This document shows, piece after piece, positions 1-11,734 of a DNA stretch of 64,000 nucleotides. The notes below the pieces were generated by a model. That model was not told the origin of the DNA and made no database searches. It saw only the letters and a list, made by a program, of their open reading frames with translations. The position numbers and the translations under genes were made by a program. Numbering within the stretch: the stretch's first letter is position 1; every line of letters begins with the position of its first letter. The stretch is taken from assembly GCF_006345805.1 (NCBI RefSeq), contig NC_043005.1, positions 89,342,001 to 89,406,000 on the forward strand. Reading direction: 5' to 3'. Origin of the DNA: Octopus sinensis. Lineage: Eukaryota.

Positions 1-283
1 CGTGGCCGTTGCCAGCTCCGTCTGGTCTCTGTGCCGGTGGCACGTAAAAAGCACCATCCGATCGTGGCTGTTTGCCAGCCTCATCTGGCACCTGTGTCGG
101 TGGCATGTAAAAAGCACCCACTACACTCACGGAGTGGTTGGCGTTAGGAAGGGCATTCGGCTGTAGAAACACTGCCAGATCAGACTTGGCCTGGTGCAGC
201 CTTCTGGCTTCCCAGACCCCAGTTGAACCGTCCAACCCATGCTAGCATGGAAAGCGGACGTTAAACGATGATGATGATGATGA
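1..283 (+). repeat. RTE 3'-end-derived short repeat (representative). Other copies at about 985-1195, 12270-12490, 13140-13410, 14115-14352, 16120-16205(-), 17065-17300(-), 17690-17890, 23300-23510, 33440-33755, 44955-45440(-), 52350-52720(-), 55790-56005, 56382-56700(-)
   Basis: Shared aagcacccactacac..ggagtggttggcgttaggaagggcatccagc..ccaacccatgc.agcatggaa..ggacgttaaa(cgat)(gat)n, matching the end of the RTE at 41880-42076. Confidence 0.9.
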
Positions 284-857
284 TATATATATACACACAC
301 ACACACAAATAATGAAACCTTCCTAGATTCTTAACCAAGAGTTGAAACCTAACCTTCATTTTTCTACCAGTTGGTTTTCTATTCTCCATAATTGCACTCA
401 GAAATTTAAGAGAGCCAACTACCACACTTTGTTACAGTTCCATTGTTTGAGTTAACATTCTGCAATTAAATATGGTTGAGGCAGGCAATAGACAGAAAAT
501 TCTTTATCTAGTCTGACTTAACAGGAAATATAAATATGGAACACAAATTTGGTTCTTCCTTCTTTTATTTGGTACCAATGGAGGAAGCACCTCATACAAG
601 GGCCTACATAACGTTCACACTCTCTGCTTGCGTAAATTCTTTTTCCCTGTCTCTCTCTCTCACTTCAGCTTGTTCTTCTGGCAATCAATAACAGTTGACA
701 AGATGGAGAATAGAACCAAATTCTTGTACAATTCAAAGAAGCTCTATCTTACATTGTAACAATGAAAATAAGATCCATTTCAACAGTGTTTTTCTGTTTG
801 TAATTTCTTTGCTAGATATTATTGTTATATATACATATATATGCATATGTATATGCC

Positions 858-907
<50 letters not shown>

Positions 908-926
908 CGTTTTTATGGATTTATTA

Positions 927-971
<45 letters not shown>

Positions 972-1236
972 TTCGATCCCAGTACCACCTGACTGGCCCT
1001 CGTGCTGGTAGCACGTAAAAAGTACCCACTACACTTTTGGAGTGGTTGGCATTAGGAAGGGTATCCAGCTGTAGAAACTTTGCCAGATCAGATTGGAGCC
1101 TGGGGCAGCCTTCTGGCTTGCCAACCCTCAGACAAAGTGTCCAACCCATTCCAGCATGGAAAGCAAACGTTAAACAATGACGACGATGATGATGATATAT
1201 ATTAGATAAACATGTATGTATGTATGTATGTATGTA

Positions 1237-1271
<35 letters not shown>

Positions 1272-2041
1272 ATGCATGCATGTATCTATGCATGTATGTA
1301 TGTATGCATGTATGCATGCATGCATATAGATGTGTATGCACATACACATATTCCGAACTCCTCCCCCGCCATATATATAGGTGTGTATACATATATATAT
1401 TGCATATCGTATATGTATGTATATGTGCGTGTGAAGACTTGCTTCTATAATGATCGCCAGTCACATATCTCTCACTGCCCTGCCAGAGTATAATTGTCTC
1501 TCCCTTGTCTTCTCGTTTGTCGTTGTTTACCGATCACAACTTGTGTTAATTTTTGCCTCAAAATATTCGAATTGAACCTTGGTGCTTCTCTCTTCTACCG
1601 AGCAACTACAAAAAGTGGAAAATTTTGTCTGTTCCTCGGCGTACCATATGACGTTTAACTGAATCTATCTCACGTTCTTTCAGACTTTTGTACTCCAATC
1701 TTACCATCACCCTTTTGTACGGGAACACAGCCACACACACATGAAAAAGAAAACCTTTTTACAATGAGTCAAACAGATTTTAAACATGTTTTCTTTGAAC
1801 GAACAATTTCTTCTGCTATGACAATTCTTATTTATCTTTTATGACAGTTTTGTTTTTTATTTATCTTTGAAATTCTATCCATTTTGCGGATGAAAGAATG
1901 AAAGTCAAAATCGACCTTGACTTTGCCTTTCATCCTTTCAGGGTCGACCACTGGGTTCTTCCACCTTATTGACTTCTCCCTCCCTTCAAAATTGCTGGCC
2001 CTGTGCCAAAAATTTAGACAGAATTATCATTGGCGACCTAC

Positions 2042-2239
2042 CTCCACTTTCACAGTAGGTGGTTTCATTGCATCCTTTTTTGAAACATAGGTACCACAGA
2101 TTGAGTATATCTTCTGAGGAAGAAGAGTAAGCTGCTTCCCAGTACAAAATCCATCCTTCTTCGAATAATATGCGAAACTATAAAAGACCATGGAGGAATA
2201 CAACACGAAAAGCTCACTGAAAATATTACGGAAGGACAT
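2042..2239 (-). CDS. Candidate first coding exon of a secreted protein, tentatively PEBP4-like
   Basis: MSFRNIFSELFVLYSSMVFYSFAYYSKKDGFCTGKQLTLLPQKIYSICGTYVSKKDAMKPPTVKVE then strong donor GAG|GTAGGT. In-frame stop just upstream of ATG, hydrophobic N-terminus. The CG..VSK..A..PPTVK pattern resembles the PEBP N-terminal region. Downstream exons not found in the window. Confidence 0.45.
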
Positions 2240-2494
2240 AATGATTACTTTTCATCTTTCACAATGACTTGCATCGATTTATTGTTTCAATATTCTCGAA
2301 AAAGCTTCAAGCAATGTAACCACTGTTATTATTGCCTAAATTATGCTGAACGTTATGGCGAAAATTTCCTTCTTTATTTTAAAAATAAAGTTCATATTCC
2401 TTAGAGTAATGCCTTCCGTTTTGTAAATGTTTTGTGTGAGGTTTGGTTGTGTTTCAAGATGGACGAACTGATAAGCGTTTGCGTTTGAGCATAA

Positions 2495-2690
2495 CGTATT
2501 GTTTTTAAACTGTCGATATCTATCGTGGGAATGCGTTGTGTTAAGTACTTTGAATTTAATTCTAGCTCAGCATCAGATCAAACGTCGCCTAATTAATAGC
2601 ACCCCTGGGGTTGAAGTCTTTAAAGTCATATTTAAGCTTCACAGCTCACTTTATCATTGACGTGGATGCTCCATCTGATGTCGTCGTTGA
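2495..2690 (+). repeat. Old interspersed repeat, second copy at about 5265-5395 plus 5975-6010
   Basis: ttgtttttaaactgt.gatat.tatc..., gcacc.cctgg.g..gaagtctt and ctttat.attga.gtggatgctcca.ctga shared and collinear. Confidence 0.55.
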
Positions 2691-4092
2691 AAATTCTTAT
2701 TTTCTGGTATTGCTAGATACCAAGAGAAATCCTTCTGTCGAAAGGCAGAATATGGCTATTTATGCACTTTTTCTTTTCCAATCTTGATCCTTACATTTTC
2801 CCCGTATATAATGTAGATAGGGTCCAAGCTGTGTTCCCCTTGAAGCATATCTGCTTGTTCCAGAATTCCAAATCCCTATGTATGTTATGTTTATGTGAGG
2901 TTTGCATAAGAGTTGAAAAATACTGGGGAATAATTTTTGCAGAGTACTTATATATCAAAAAGCAGGAGACGGGGGAAAATCTTTAGTGTTTTTTATTCCT
3001 CATTCCACGTATTTCATCCAACACCTCAGTTATCCACACAGGAGAAACATGTAAGACATGTCCTCTTAGAAATTCTTTAGGCAGAATTAAATAATATTAT
3101 TAGTATTATTTGATTCCCTGCATGAAGAATTCTTAATAGAAGATATCTTACATGTTTCCACGTATGTACGTACGTATGTGAAAAGGTTGTATATCTGAAT
3201 ATGTTATTTATTTCCTCCATCACGTCTTCTGTAACTAATAATAATTTTTTGATGTATTCTTCTTGCACTGAAGAGAACAGTGATATATAATTAATTTAAT
3301 TTAATAAATTTTTAATTATTCTATCATGTTATTTACATGTTAATATCGGTATTCGAAATTATCGCATGCATGTATTAAAATTCTTTTCAAATTTTAACAT
3401 CTCTTCTCCATCTTTAACAATTTGGTGAGTTTCTATGGGACACCTTTCCATAAATTCCCATAACACACCACTGCATACATACATATTCTTTTATTTGTTT
3501 TATTTATCCCCCCCCCCCAATTTATTCTTTGTAAGCTTAGTACTTATTATATCGGTCTCTTTGCTGAACCGCTAAGTTACAGGGACGTAAACACGCAAGC
3601 ATCGGTTGTCAAGCGATGTTGGGGGGGGGACAAACATATACACACACATGCATATACATACATACACACACATACATACATATATATATATTAGAAGAAA
3701 TGAGGTACTCAGAAATCTGGATGGTTTTATATTTACAGGTATTTATTAGTATGTTACATATGTAACGAAGGATCTGTTATCGCTCCACTGAAAGGGTGTC
3801 GATATCCGATCTAGTCACATATAAATTTTATAAAGCAATGCAGACGAAGTCAGGTTGAAGGTAGAAGACAGTAGTTCTGGTTTATTGATTGCGATGCCGT
3901 ACGTGTGTCTGGTGGGAGAAAGACAGCCTCTGATATACAGCTTCGTGTTAGTTTGTTGAAGTTGGTCGATGGTCGTTGGCGCTATGTCGTAGCACGAGTG
4001 GTTGTCAGAGCCTGTGAATGCACGTCCGATCGCAATGCTGTCTAGCCGAAGGGAGCGATTTGAGCTTGGCGGGCTTGAGGGAACGTTTTCCC

Positions 4093-4155
4093 GCACATGC
4101 GCATGGGGAAGACTTCCGGTGGCCACCCGGAAGTAGTCCCATTCTGCGCATGCGC
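4093..4155. promoter_or_regulatory. Symmetric NRF1 - ETS - ETS - NRF1 promoter motif cluster
   Basis: GCACATGCGCA 4093, ACTTCCGG 4112, CCGGAAGT 4127, TGCGCATGCGC 4145, in a CpG-rich island within AT-rich DNA. Confidence 0.65.
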
Positions 4156-4890
4156 GCTGAACCCTACACAATAGCATCACTACACATATATAAATCATAT
4201 ATTATAGCGCTTTCGTCCACTCTAGTGGATTCTTCAAATTGAATTAACTTTTGCAGGAGTTTTGACTCTTTTTGTAGTATTATTAAGTGTGTAGGGGCGG
4301 GGAGAGATATAAGATAGTACAAGAGGGTGAGGAATGGGGAGAAAGTGAGAGAGAACGTGTGTGTGTTTGTATCTGAAAGATGTGTTAAAGAAAAAGAAGG
4401 AAGGGAAGAAGAAGGCGAGAAAGAAGAAAAAATTTGTTGATATCTTTGCAACTGGTCAGTTTCTCAATAATAAACAATTCTTGACTTTTAGTAATGGCAA
4501 ATTCAGCTGGTCATTCAAAACATGAATATAAATTATTAAAATCACTTAAAGTAAGTGATTTTAATAATTTATATTCATGTTTTTTAATAACTACTTGTAT
4601 TCTTATCTTATATGCATTGAATAATATACTATATGTATATATGTTATTATGGTTGTCGTTTTGATAAATAAATAAGTCAACATTTAATATCCTAAAGCTG
4701 ATGAACCAACTAATGTGCTTCTCCATTTTCTTATTTGTTATATATATATATCAGTGAAATGTTGATGTGCAGCTCATCCAGACTGAGTCGAGTGCCTGTG
4801 TTGGTCACAGGCAAGGCATCAATGCAATCCCCCAAGAATTTCGCTCTTGCGAAAAATAGGCGACATCTTGAAAATTGAGATCAGATTGCT

Positions 4891-4921
<31 letters not shown>

Positions 4922-5071
4922 TTGAATGTAACGCCTGAGTGTCTGTCTCCATTTGGAATGTAACGCCTAACTGTCTGTCTCCATTTGGAAAGGAGAGGAT
5001 GTTGCCTACTAAAGGATAGCAAGCGTTAATGAAGGAAAGAAAACGGGGAAGAGACAGAGACGAACACTTAC

Positions 5072-5200
5072 CCAGACCAAACCATTTGGGCAAAGCAGCC
5101 TGGTCGCGAGACCCTGGCGAGTCTGACCAAGCATTTGAGTTCCCTGAAGATTAGGTCGTCAAATCATTAAAGAGACGACGAGAGTCTATGAGAGGGACTG
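5072..5200 (-). other. Possible 5' exon of a divergent minus-strand transcript
   Basis: Consensus minus-strand donor TGG|GTAAGTG at 5072/5071 in locally CpG-containing sequence; short upstream ORF MLGQTRQGLATRLLCPNGLVW from ATG 5134; left boundary unknown. Confidence 0.3.
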
Positions 5201-5367
5201 TCTCTGAGACAAGTAATTCCAAACTATATATATATATTTTTAAAAAACCTTTCTGGGACTCAATTGCTTTGTTTTTAAACTGTTGATATGTATCAATTGG
5301 ACGTGTTGTATGAACTACGTTGGACTTAATCTTTGTTCAGTATTGGTCCAAATCTCCCCTAGCTAAA

Positions 5368-5386
5368 TTGCACCACCTGGTGGCGA
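5368..5386. promoter_or_regulatory. CTCF-like motif
   Basis: TTGCACCACCTGGTGGCGA closely matches the CTCF consensus TAGCGCCCCCTGGTGGCCA. Confidence 0.45.
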
Positions 5387-6048
5387 AGTCTTGGCCATGT
5401 TTTGGGGCACCATATCTCACTCGTACAAAAGGCTGACGATTATAATAATATATCGGTCAGTTGTTTAGTATTTCTTGGAAACGTTTGTCCAGGTACCGTT
5501 TGATAATAGGGATTTTTCCAGCCTTCATTTCTTTGAAGAGAGATGGGCAAGCTAAAAAGATATTAATGTTGCAAGTTCAGTTTTTGTTGTAGTTGTTTAA
5601 TACAAGGTTCTAGCCTTGGATGATTTGCAAACCTGATGTTACCATCATTTGGATAACGCTAATAATGGTACAGTTTCCACATTGTACAAACGATATTGAC
5701 GGCGGCATTCGATGGAATAAATTGTCCAAACGTGTTGAGCCGAACTCAGACATTAGCCAAGGTCTGTCATATCGTTTATTTTCCTTTGTTTTATTTCTAT
5801 ATTTATGTCCATATCATCTGTGCAGCTATTTTGTTTGGTATGGGGAGACCATACAAAGAAAGGATATCAGCAGTATTTTAGGTTAGGTTAAACCAAGCAA
5901 AGATTGCAGAAGGATGATGTAAAGTGTATCTCAAGTGAAGAAAGTTTTGAGAATCTCGTTCTGCTATACTTATCGACTTTATTATTGATGTGGATGCTCC
6001 AACTGACAATTACTCACAACTAATGATAGAAGACAATCGCCCAAGACA

Positions 6049-6120
6049 CACTACAATTCAATTCCCGACTACATGATTCCGAAGCAAACTTCTTAATCAT
6101 AGACTATATCTGCGCATACG
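6049..6120. promoter_or_regulatory. Possible MARS2-proximal promoter motifs (ACTACA/GFY-like, partial NRF1)
   Basis: actacaattcaattcccgactacatgattccg and tctgcgcatacg, about 450 bp upstream of the ATG; candidate 5'UTR acceptor caccttcag at 6539. Confidence 0.25.
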
Positions 6121-6552
6121 ATTTGAGATCTAATCTCCTGACATACACATACATAAAAAGATAAAGAGAGAGAAAGAGGAAAATGAAACTTGGTCGGGGA
6201 GGGGGACTGGATATTAATAAAATTAGTAAAATAAGCTATATACGAGAGTAATGAGAAGAATTTTGCTCTATAAGGTATTTTTTCTCACGGAGATATTTTC
6301 ATTTGCACCGGTTACCGAAACAAGGGGAATAACTCCAATGTGACTTTCAGAGACGAATTTTTCTCTTCCGTCGTCTCGTTCTCTTCTTAAAAATATTTAT
6401 AAACACATATATTCATGTTTCATACATTTATAAATACCAATGTTAAGTTTTGTCTCGTTCCCCTGTTACATATACCTATGTTTAAGTTTGGCTCCTAACA
6501 GCAACTAATTAATTATTCTGTATGCTAAGTCACCTTCAGTTTATTACTCATC

Positions 6553-6673
6553 ATGCTGATGCGATGTTCACGTTACCGATACCGGCTGCCTCTATTATTA
6601 CGAAATGTTCGCTACTGTTCTCAGGAAAACAAGCCTTATTTTATCACTACACCCATATTTTACGTAAATGCAG
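6553..6673 (+). CDS. MARS2: Mitochondrial methionyl-tRNA synthetase, coding exon 1 (presequence + FITTPIFYVNA)
   Basis: MLMRCSRYRYRLPLLLRNVRYCSQENKPYFITTPIFYVNA: Arg-rich, acid-free N-terminus, then the MetRS ITTPIFYVN motif. Donor G|GTACGT (phase 1). In-frame stop upstream of ATG 6553; ATG 6559 is an alternative start. Confidence 0.9.
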
Positions 6674-7149
6674 GTACGTAAAATTTTCTTGGGGCAGTTT
6701 GTCTTGTTTATACTGCGAGCATTGGTGATTATTGGCGATTTATCATGATTAACCCGTGCATCTCTTCAATTTATCTCTACTACAGAAGTTTACGCCAGTT
6801 ACATGTTAACACTGTATCCACCACCATCCTCAAAAAAAAAAAAATAAAGGAACATTTCTAATACTGGAAAAAGTACCTGTCCAATTCTGGTCCTTGTTCT
6901 TCTCTCTTGCCGCTCCTTTTCTCCCTGGTTGCCCTTGTATTTCCAAGGTTTAGCCATGTTAAACTGTGTGTCTATGGAATACTCAGCCGCTTACATGTGA
7001 AATTTACGAGTAAATATTCATTTAGTCGAATTACTGAATGCTCACTGGCGAAGTGGAATCATCACTTCTAACAAAACCAGTGTTACTACAGATAACACTA
7101 TACCTTGTTCCCCGCTTAATCTCTTGTACACGAGCATCATTCACATGCA

Positions 7150-7750
7150 ACCTAGGTACCTCATGCTAGACATATACTGAATTCAAGAACAGATACTGTG
7201 AGCTCATCCTTTATGACAACCTTGCATCTTTCGGACAATACAAAGACTGACTCTCCATCACACATCTAAGAAACACTCTTGTTCCTTTCATTTTGTATTT
7301 ATGATTGGTGTACATCTAAAACCCTGCAAACGTTACCCCCACAGTCTCTGCAGATCCCATACACATAACGTTGAAATCCCATCAAAAATACAAAAATCTT
7401 TTTTTAGAGGCAGGAAATACTTCAACAATGATCAGTTGCTAATCTTTTCCAGTGTTCAAGTGAAGCCCACATTAGCATACTGTTGTCTCCCTGGCACACT
7501 AACATTCTGTGTGTGTGGTGGGGACATCTTAACATTAGCCCCTCAAACAAGTCAATGCATTGGACCCTATAATGTTCATTTATTGACAGTAAGCCACAAC
7601 ATACATAGATTAGAAGTGGGCCCTGGGCTCCTAACCAACTGTCCAGTGTGCTTATGTTTTAAGGCAACCCTGGGAATGTAAATGTGTGTACACACCTCAT
7701 AACTATTATTAAATACTGGATGTTTAACCTTTGCAATTTACTGTGTGTAG
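7150..7750 (+). mobile_element. Highly decayed CR1/L2-like LINE RT 3' fragment
   Basis: LIFSSVQVKPTLAYC resembles the LY.AQVRP.LEYC motif; otherwise interrupted. Confidence 0.35.
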
Positions 7751-8162
7751 GAACAAAAGAAGTGAATAAAGTATACAAGTGCAGTATCTGCACTCAATGT
7801 TCCTCTGTATCTTTTGGTTGGTTACTTAATTCTTCATACTTCAGTTCACCAAACTGTACAAGGTGGGAAGGAGATCAGGGAATGAACATATAATAGACTA
7901 GCGATCTATCCATAGAATGACAGTTCTCTCTCAACCAGATAATGTTACAGGAGCCATGACCAAGCTTTAGCTTTGTAAATGTCTACAGCTTGGGTATACA
8001 TCCTAACCATTACTAGAATATTAATCCATATATTGGTTTCATACCCTATTTGGTTGCAGTTACCATTCATAAAACTATACACACACACACACAATATGTG
8101 ACAATACATTTTAACAATCAGCAAAGTCTTACAGTTACAAAGCCTTTATTTTATGTCTTCAG

Positions 8163-8278
8163 CTCCCCATATCGGTCACTTGTACACTGCTGTCTTATCT
8201 GATGCCATAGCCCGATGGCACAGGTTTAGGGGGCATGAAGTATTATTTGCCACAGGGACAGATGAACATGGCCAAAAG
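8163..8278 (+). CDS. MARS2: MARS2 exon 2 (HIGH motif)
   Basis: ttcag|CT CCC CAT ATC GGT CAC = (A)PHIGHLYTAVLSDAIARWHRFRGHEVLFATGTDEHGQK|gtaacc. Confidence 0.97.
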
Positions 8279-9479
8279 GTAACCCATTCTATAATGATAT
8301 TATTTTGTCAATCTCACCTTTTTTTCTTTACATAACATTCGTTTTGTTCATTTCAAATCAACTTGGATCAAACTGACCTATATGAGTGTGTCTTTAGATA
8401 TATATACGCATGCATATATATATCCATTCATACATATATGTATGTATACTTACATACACGCACACATGTATATATATATATATATATATATTATTTTTTT
8501 ACTTGTATCAGTTATTAGACTGTGGCCATGCTGGGGCACTGCTTTGAAGAATTTCAGTCAAATGAATCACACCTCACTGTACTTATTTTTATTTTTAAAG
8601 TCTGTTGCTTATTCTATCAGTTCCATTTGCCAAACCACTAAGTCATAAGGATGTAAACATACCAACACCAGTTGTCAAGTAGTGATGGGGAACAAACACA
8701 CACATACATGACAAGCTTCTTTCAGTTTCCATCTCCCAAATCCACTCACAAGGCTTTGGTCAGCTCAAGGCTATTATAGAAGACACTTACCCAAGGTGCC
8801 ATGCAGTGGGACTGAACCAGGAACCATCTTGTTGGGAAGCAACAACTGATAATTCTTGCTCTCCCTAACTAATGAACTTTCTGTAGGAGCTCTACCGGGC
8901 ATTCCATTTCAATCTCCTTCAGCCATTCTTCTATATCTTTGCTTACTCTTAACAATGCAATTATTATAGGTACGACCTTTACTCTTCTCACGCTCCAAAT
9001 TATTTCCATTTCAAGTTTTAAGGGTTTGTATGTTTTGTTTTGTTTTCTTTTTCTTCCTCTTTCTTTACGATCCTGGAATCAAACGGACATGATGGGTCAA
9101 TAAGGAAGCAGATTCGCTTTTCTTTATCTACAATCGTTATATCTGGTCTATTATTTTCTAATTTCTTGTTCATTTGAATAGGAAAGTCTCATAAAATTAT
9201 TATTATTTAATTGATGTTACTCCTTTAAATATTACCAAATGAAGTAGATTGAGATGTTTCTTTTGAACTTGTGGAGGACACATGAGATGTTGAAATGTTG
9301 TTCATTCAATAACAGTCGCACACTTCTTATTGTTTCGTTATTATTATTATTTAAAGGATTGACGTTACTCCCCCAGAAAGTAAAGAAACCATAAGAAGAG
9401 TGCAACTGCTACCGAATGAACCATATTTCAACATCTTTTCTGTCTCCCACACAATTGCAGTCTTCTTATTGTTTCTTTA

Positions 9480-9606
9480 TTATTATTATTATTTAAATTT
9501 TTATTATTATTATTATTTAAATTTTTATTATTATTATTATTTAAATTTTTATTATTATTATTATTATTATTTAAATTTTTATTATTATTAATATTATTAT
9601 TATTAT
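9480..9606. repeat. (TTA)n-based minisatellite, unit about 24-27 bp (ttattattattatttaaatt)
   Basis: Four units directly upstream of the MARS2 exon 3 acceptor. Confidence 0.85.
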
Positions 9607-9613
9607 TCAACAG

Positions 9614-9685
9614 ATTCAGGTAGCAGCTAACAAAGCCAAGAAATCCCCAGCAGAATACACATCAGAAAATTCTGAACTGTTTAAA
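9614..9685 (+). CDS. MARS2: MARS2 exon 3
   Basis: caacag|IQVAANKAKKSPAEYTSENSELFK|gtaagt, phase 0/0. Confidence 0.93.
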
Positions 9686-10977
9686 GTAAGTCTTGTCTTT
9701 ATATTTAGCATTTTGGGGAATGAGACACTGTTTTGCAATGTCACCTTCGTTTATCAAAGGCCTGTTACAAATTTAAGTATAATTAGAGGCTTGGCTGTGT
9801 AGTTAAGATGTTCACTTAACAACCACATGGTTTCAGGTTCAATCCCTCTGTGCAGCACCTTTAGCAACTGTCTTCTACAATACTACAAGAGCCCCTGGCC
9901 AACCAACACCTGATGAATGACTTTGGTAGACCGAAACTGTGCGACACCTGTCCTATATGTATGAGTGTCTGTGTGTCCCTCATTACTGTTTGACAACCAA
10001 TGTTCGTTTGTTTACATCTTCATAACTTGGCAGGTTCAGCAAAAGAAGCGGGCGTACTGGGGTCATGCTGGAGCACTACCATACAAGGCAGTGCTCCAGC
10101 ATGGCTGTCCTCTAATGAATAGAGTAATACTGAATAAGATCATATCTGAAATTTTTGTGCCAGACAATTCCCTATATGGACAGTGATGAAGTGGATGAAA
10201 TCAGCTTTCTTTAAAATAAAATGAAAAAAACATTATAAAATGTTTTATAAAAGCATTAAAGAGGTAAGTCTTTATTCAACATCAAACATTACAAAAATAT
10301 GATGAGGTCATTTAATATGAAGCATCATAAAAATCACTGGTGGCTGCCATGGTTGGCAAAGAGTAAAATGCCAACGTGCAGTGCAAGTCTAAATATTATT
10401 GTACAGCACAGTCGTCTGTCTTTATGTTCTGAGTTCAAATTCCGCCGAAATCGACTTTACCTTTCATCCTCTCGTGGTCGATAAATTAAGTACCAGGTGC
10501 GTACTGTGGTCGATCTAATCAACTGCCCACCTCCCACCAAATTTCAGGCCTTGTGCTGAGAGTAGAAAGGATTATTTTCAGCACAGTAAACCTTTCTCTT
10601 TAGACGGAGTTAAGTGTGAAGGCAAACAGAGTTATGTACCTTGTCTACAGATGAAACCAGATTGACCCAAGGCGAAGTTTTTACCATATTGGTCACTGGA
10701 CATCGTTAAGCTGTTGTTCATCATCCCAACCCTCTCCTCTGTGAAACACATGTCTTGTCACCTTTCTGGGAAACAGGGGAAGATTGGTTGACAAGAAGGG
10801 AACCTGGCTGGAGAATATCTGCCTAAATGAATTCCTTCCAACCAATGCAAGCACAGAAAAATTGACGTTAAAATGATGATTTATGAGGAGGAGGATGTTG
10901 ATGATGTCTGATGAGGATGATTGCATGTGTTCAAGTACTTTTAGATGATTGCAAGATTATCTTAACTCATTGATATT

Positions 10978-11430
10978 ATCAAAATAAGCAGCAGGATATC
11001 AAATAGTGATGCAGTACGACCATTTCAAACTGTTCCATTTAATTGAACAATGCAATTGTTACATCAATTTAAATGCAGTGCCATCTTCAGCTGCACAAAT
11101 AAATAGAATTTTAACAAGCAGGACACATTAATATAATTTTGCTCAAATACTTTAACAGAGCAAGAAGATGGAAGAAATCCATGTTGTCACTAATGTAGCT
11201 AAGAATAAACTACAATAGCAACAACATGAATTTCTTCCATCTTCTTGCTCTGTTAAAGTATTTGAGCAAAATTATATTAATGTGTCCTGCTTGTTAAAAT
11301 TCTATTTATTTGTGCAGCTGAAGATGGCACTGCATTTAAATTGATGTAACAATTGCATTGTTCAATTAAATGGAACAGTTTGAAACGGTCGTACTGCATC
11401 ACTATTTGATATCCTGTTGCTTATTTTGAT
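10978..11430. mobile_element. Foldback (inverted pair) of a Penelope-like terminal repeat
   Basis: Arms 10978-11187 and 11221-11430 are reverse complements with 3 mismatches in 210 bp; each arm carries a hammerhead-like motif. Confidence 0.8.
11312..11399 (+). ncRNA. Type I minimal hammerhead ribozyme motif (Penelope-type)
   Basis: Stem I GTGCAG(11312)/CTGCAT(11394), core CTGAAGA(11318), long stem II hairpin, GAAAC(11382), self-complementary stem III ACGGTCGT, GTA cleavage triplet (11391-11393). Confidence 0.6.
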
Positions 11431-11701
11431 TTTATTCACCTTACTTCAAGCTATGCAGATAATACTGGACTGACTTGGTGCCTCAACTTAAGTACTTAAT
11501 TCAACTGAATCTTTATTATTTCTTATCTCTTTGTCTGTCTGTCTGGTTTTTTTCTTCTTTTTCTTTTCATGATCCCTATTGATCGAAATTTAATTTTTCT
11601 CTTTATATTCTTTTTTCAAAAAAAAAGCTCTACATTGTATTTTCTCCCCTCTGTGTTCGACCCTGTGTGGCTAATAAAGAAACACACCCATCCATCCATC
11701 C

Positions 11702-11734
<33 letters not shown>

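Noticed and set aside
695-1493. ORF-track proteins rich in YI/CV/HT repeats (here and at many other positions)
   Set aside because: They are translations of (TA)n, (TG)n, (CAT)n and (ATT)n microsatellites or of SINEs, not genes.
2042-2239. Insulin-like B-chain reading of CTGKQL...IYSICG
   Set aside because: Cys spacing is 15 rather than 11 residues and no A-chain exon (CC-x3-C-x8-C) is present in the window; the PEBP-like reading fits better but is also unproven.
2650-2790. Plus-strand frame FIIDVDAPS resembling the PEBP DPDAPS motif
   Set aside because: Wrong strand for the candidate gene, and part of an old repeat also present at about 5980.
2790-3470. Several short protein-like minus-strand frames with possible splice signals
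   Set aside because: They could not be joined into a phase-consistent model or assigned to a family; may be a decayed element.
4924-4987. Two-copy 32-bp tandem repeat gaatgtaacgcct..tgtctgtctccatttg
   Set aside because: Only two adjacent units with no spacers; a simple local duplication, not a CRISPR-like array.
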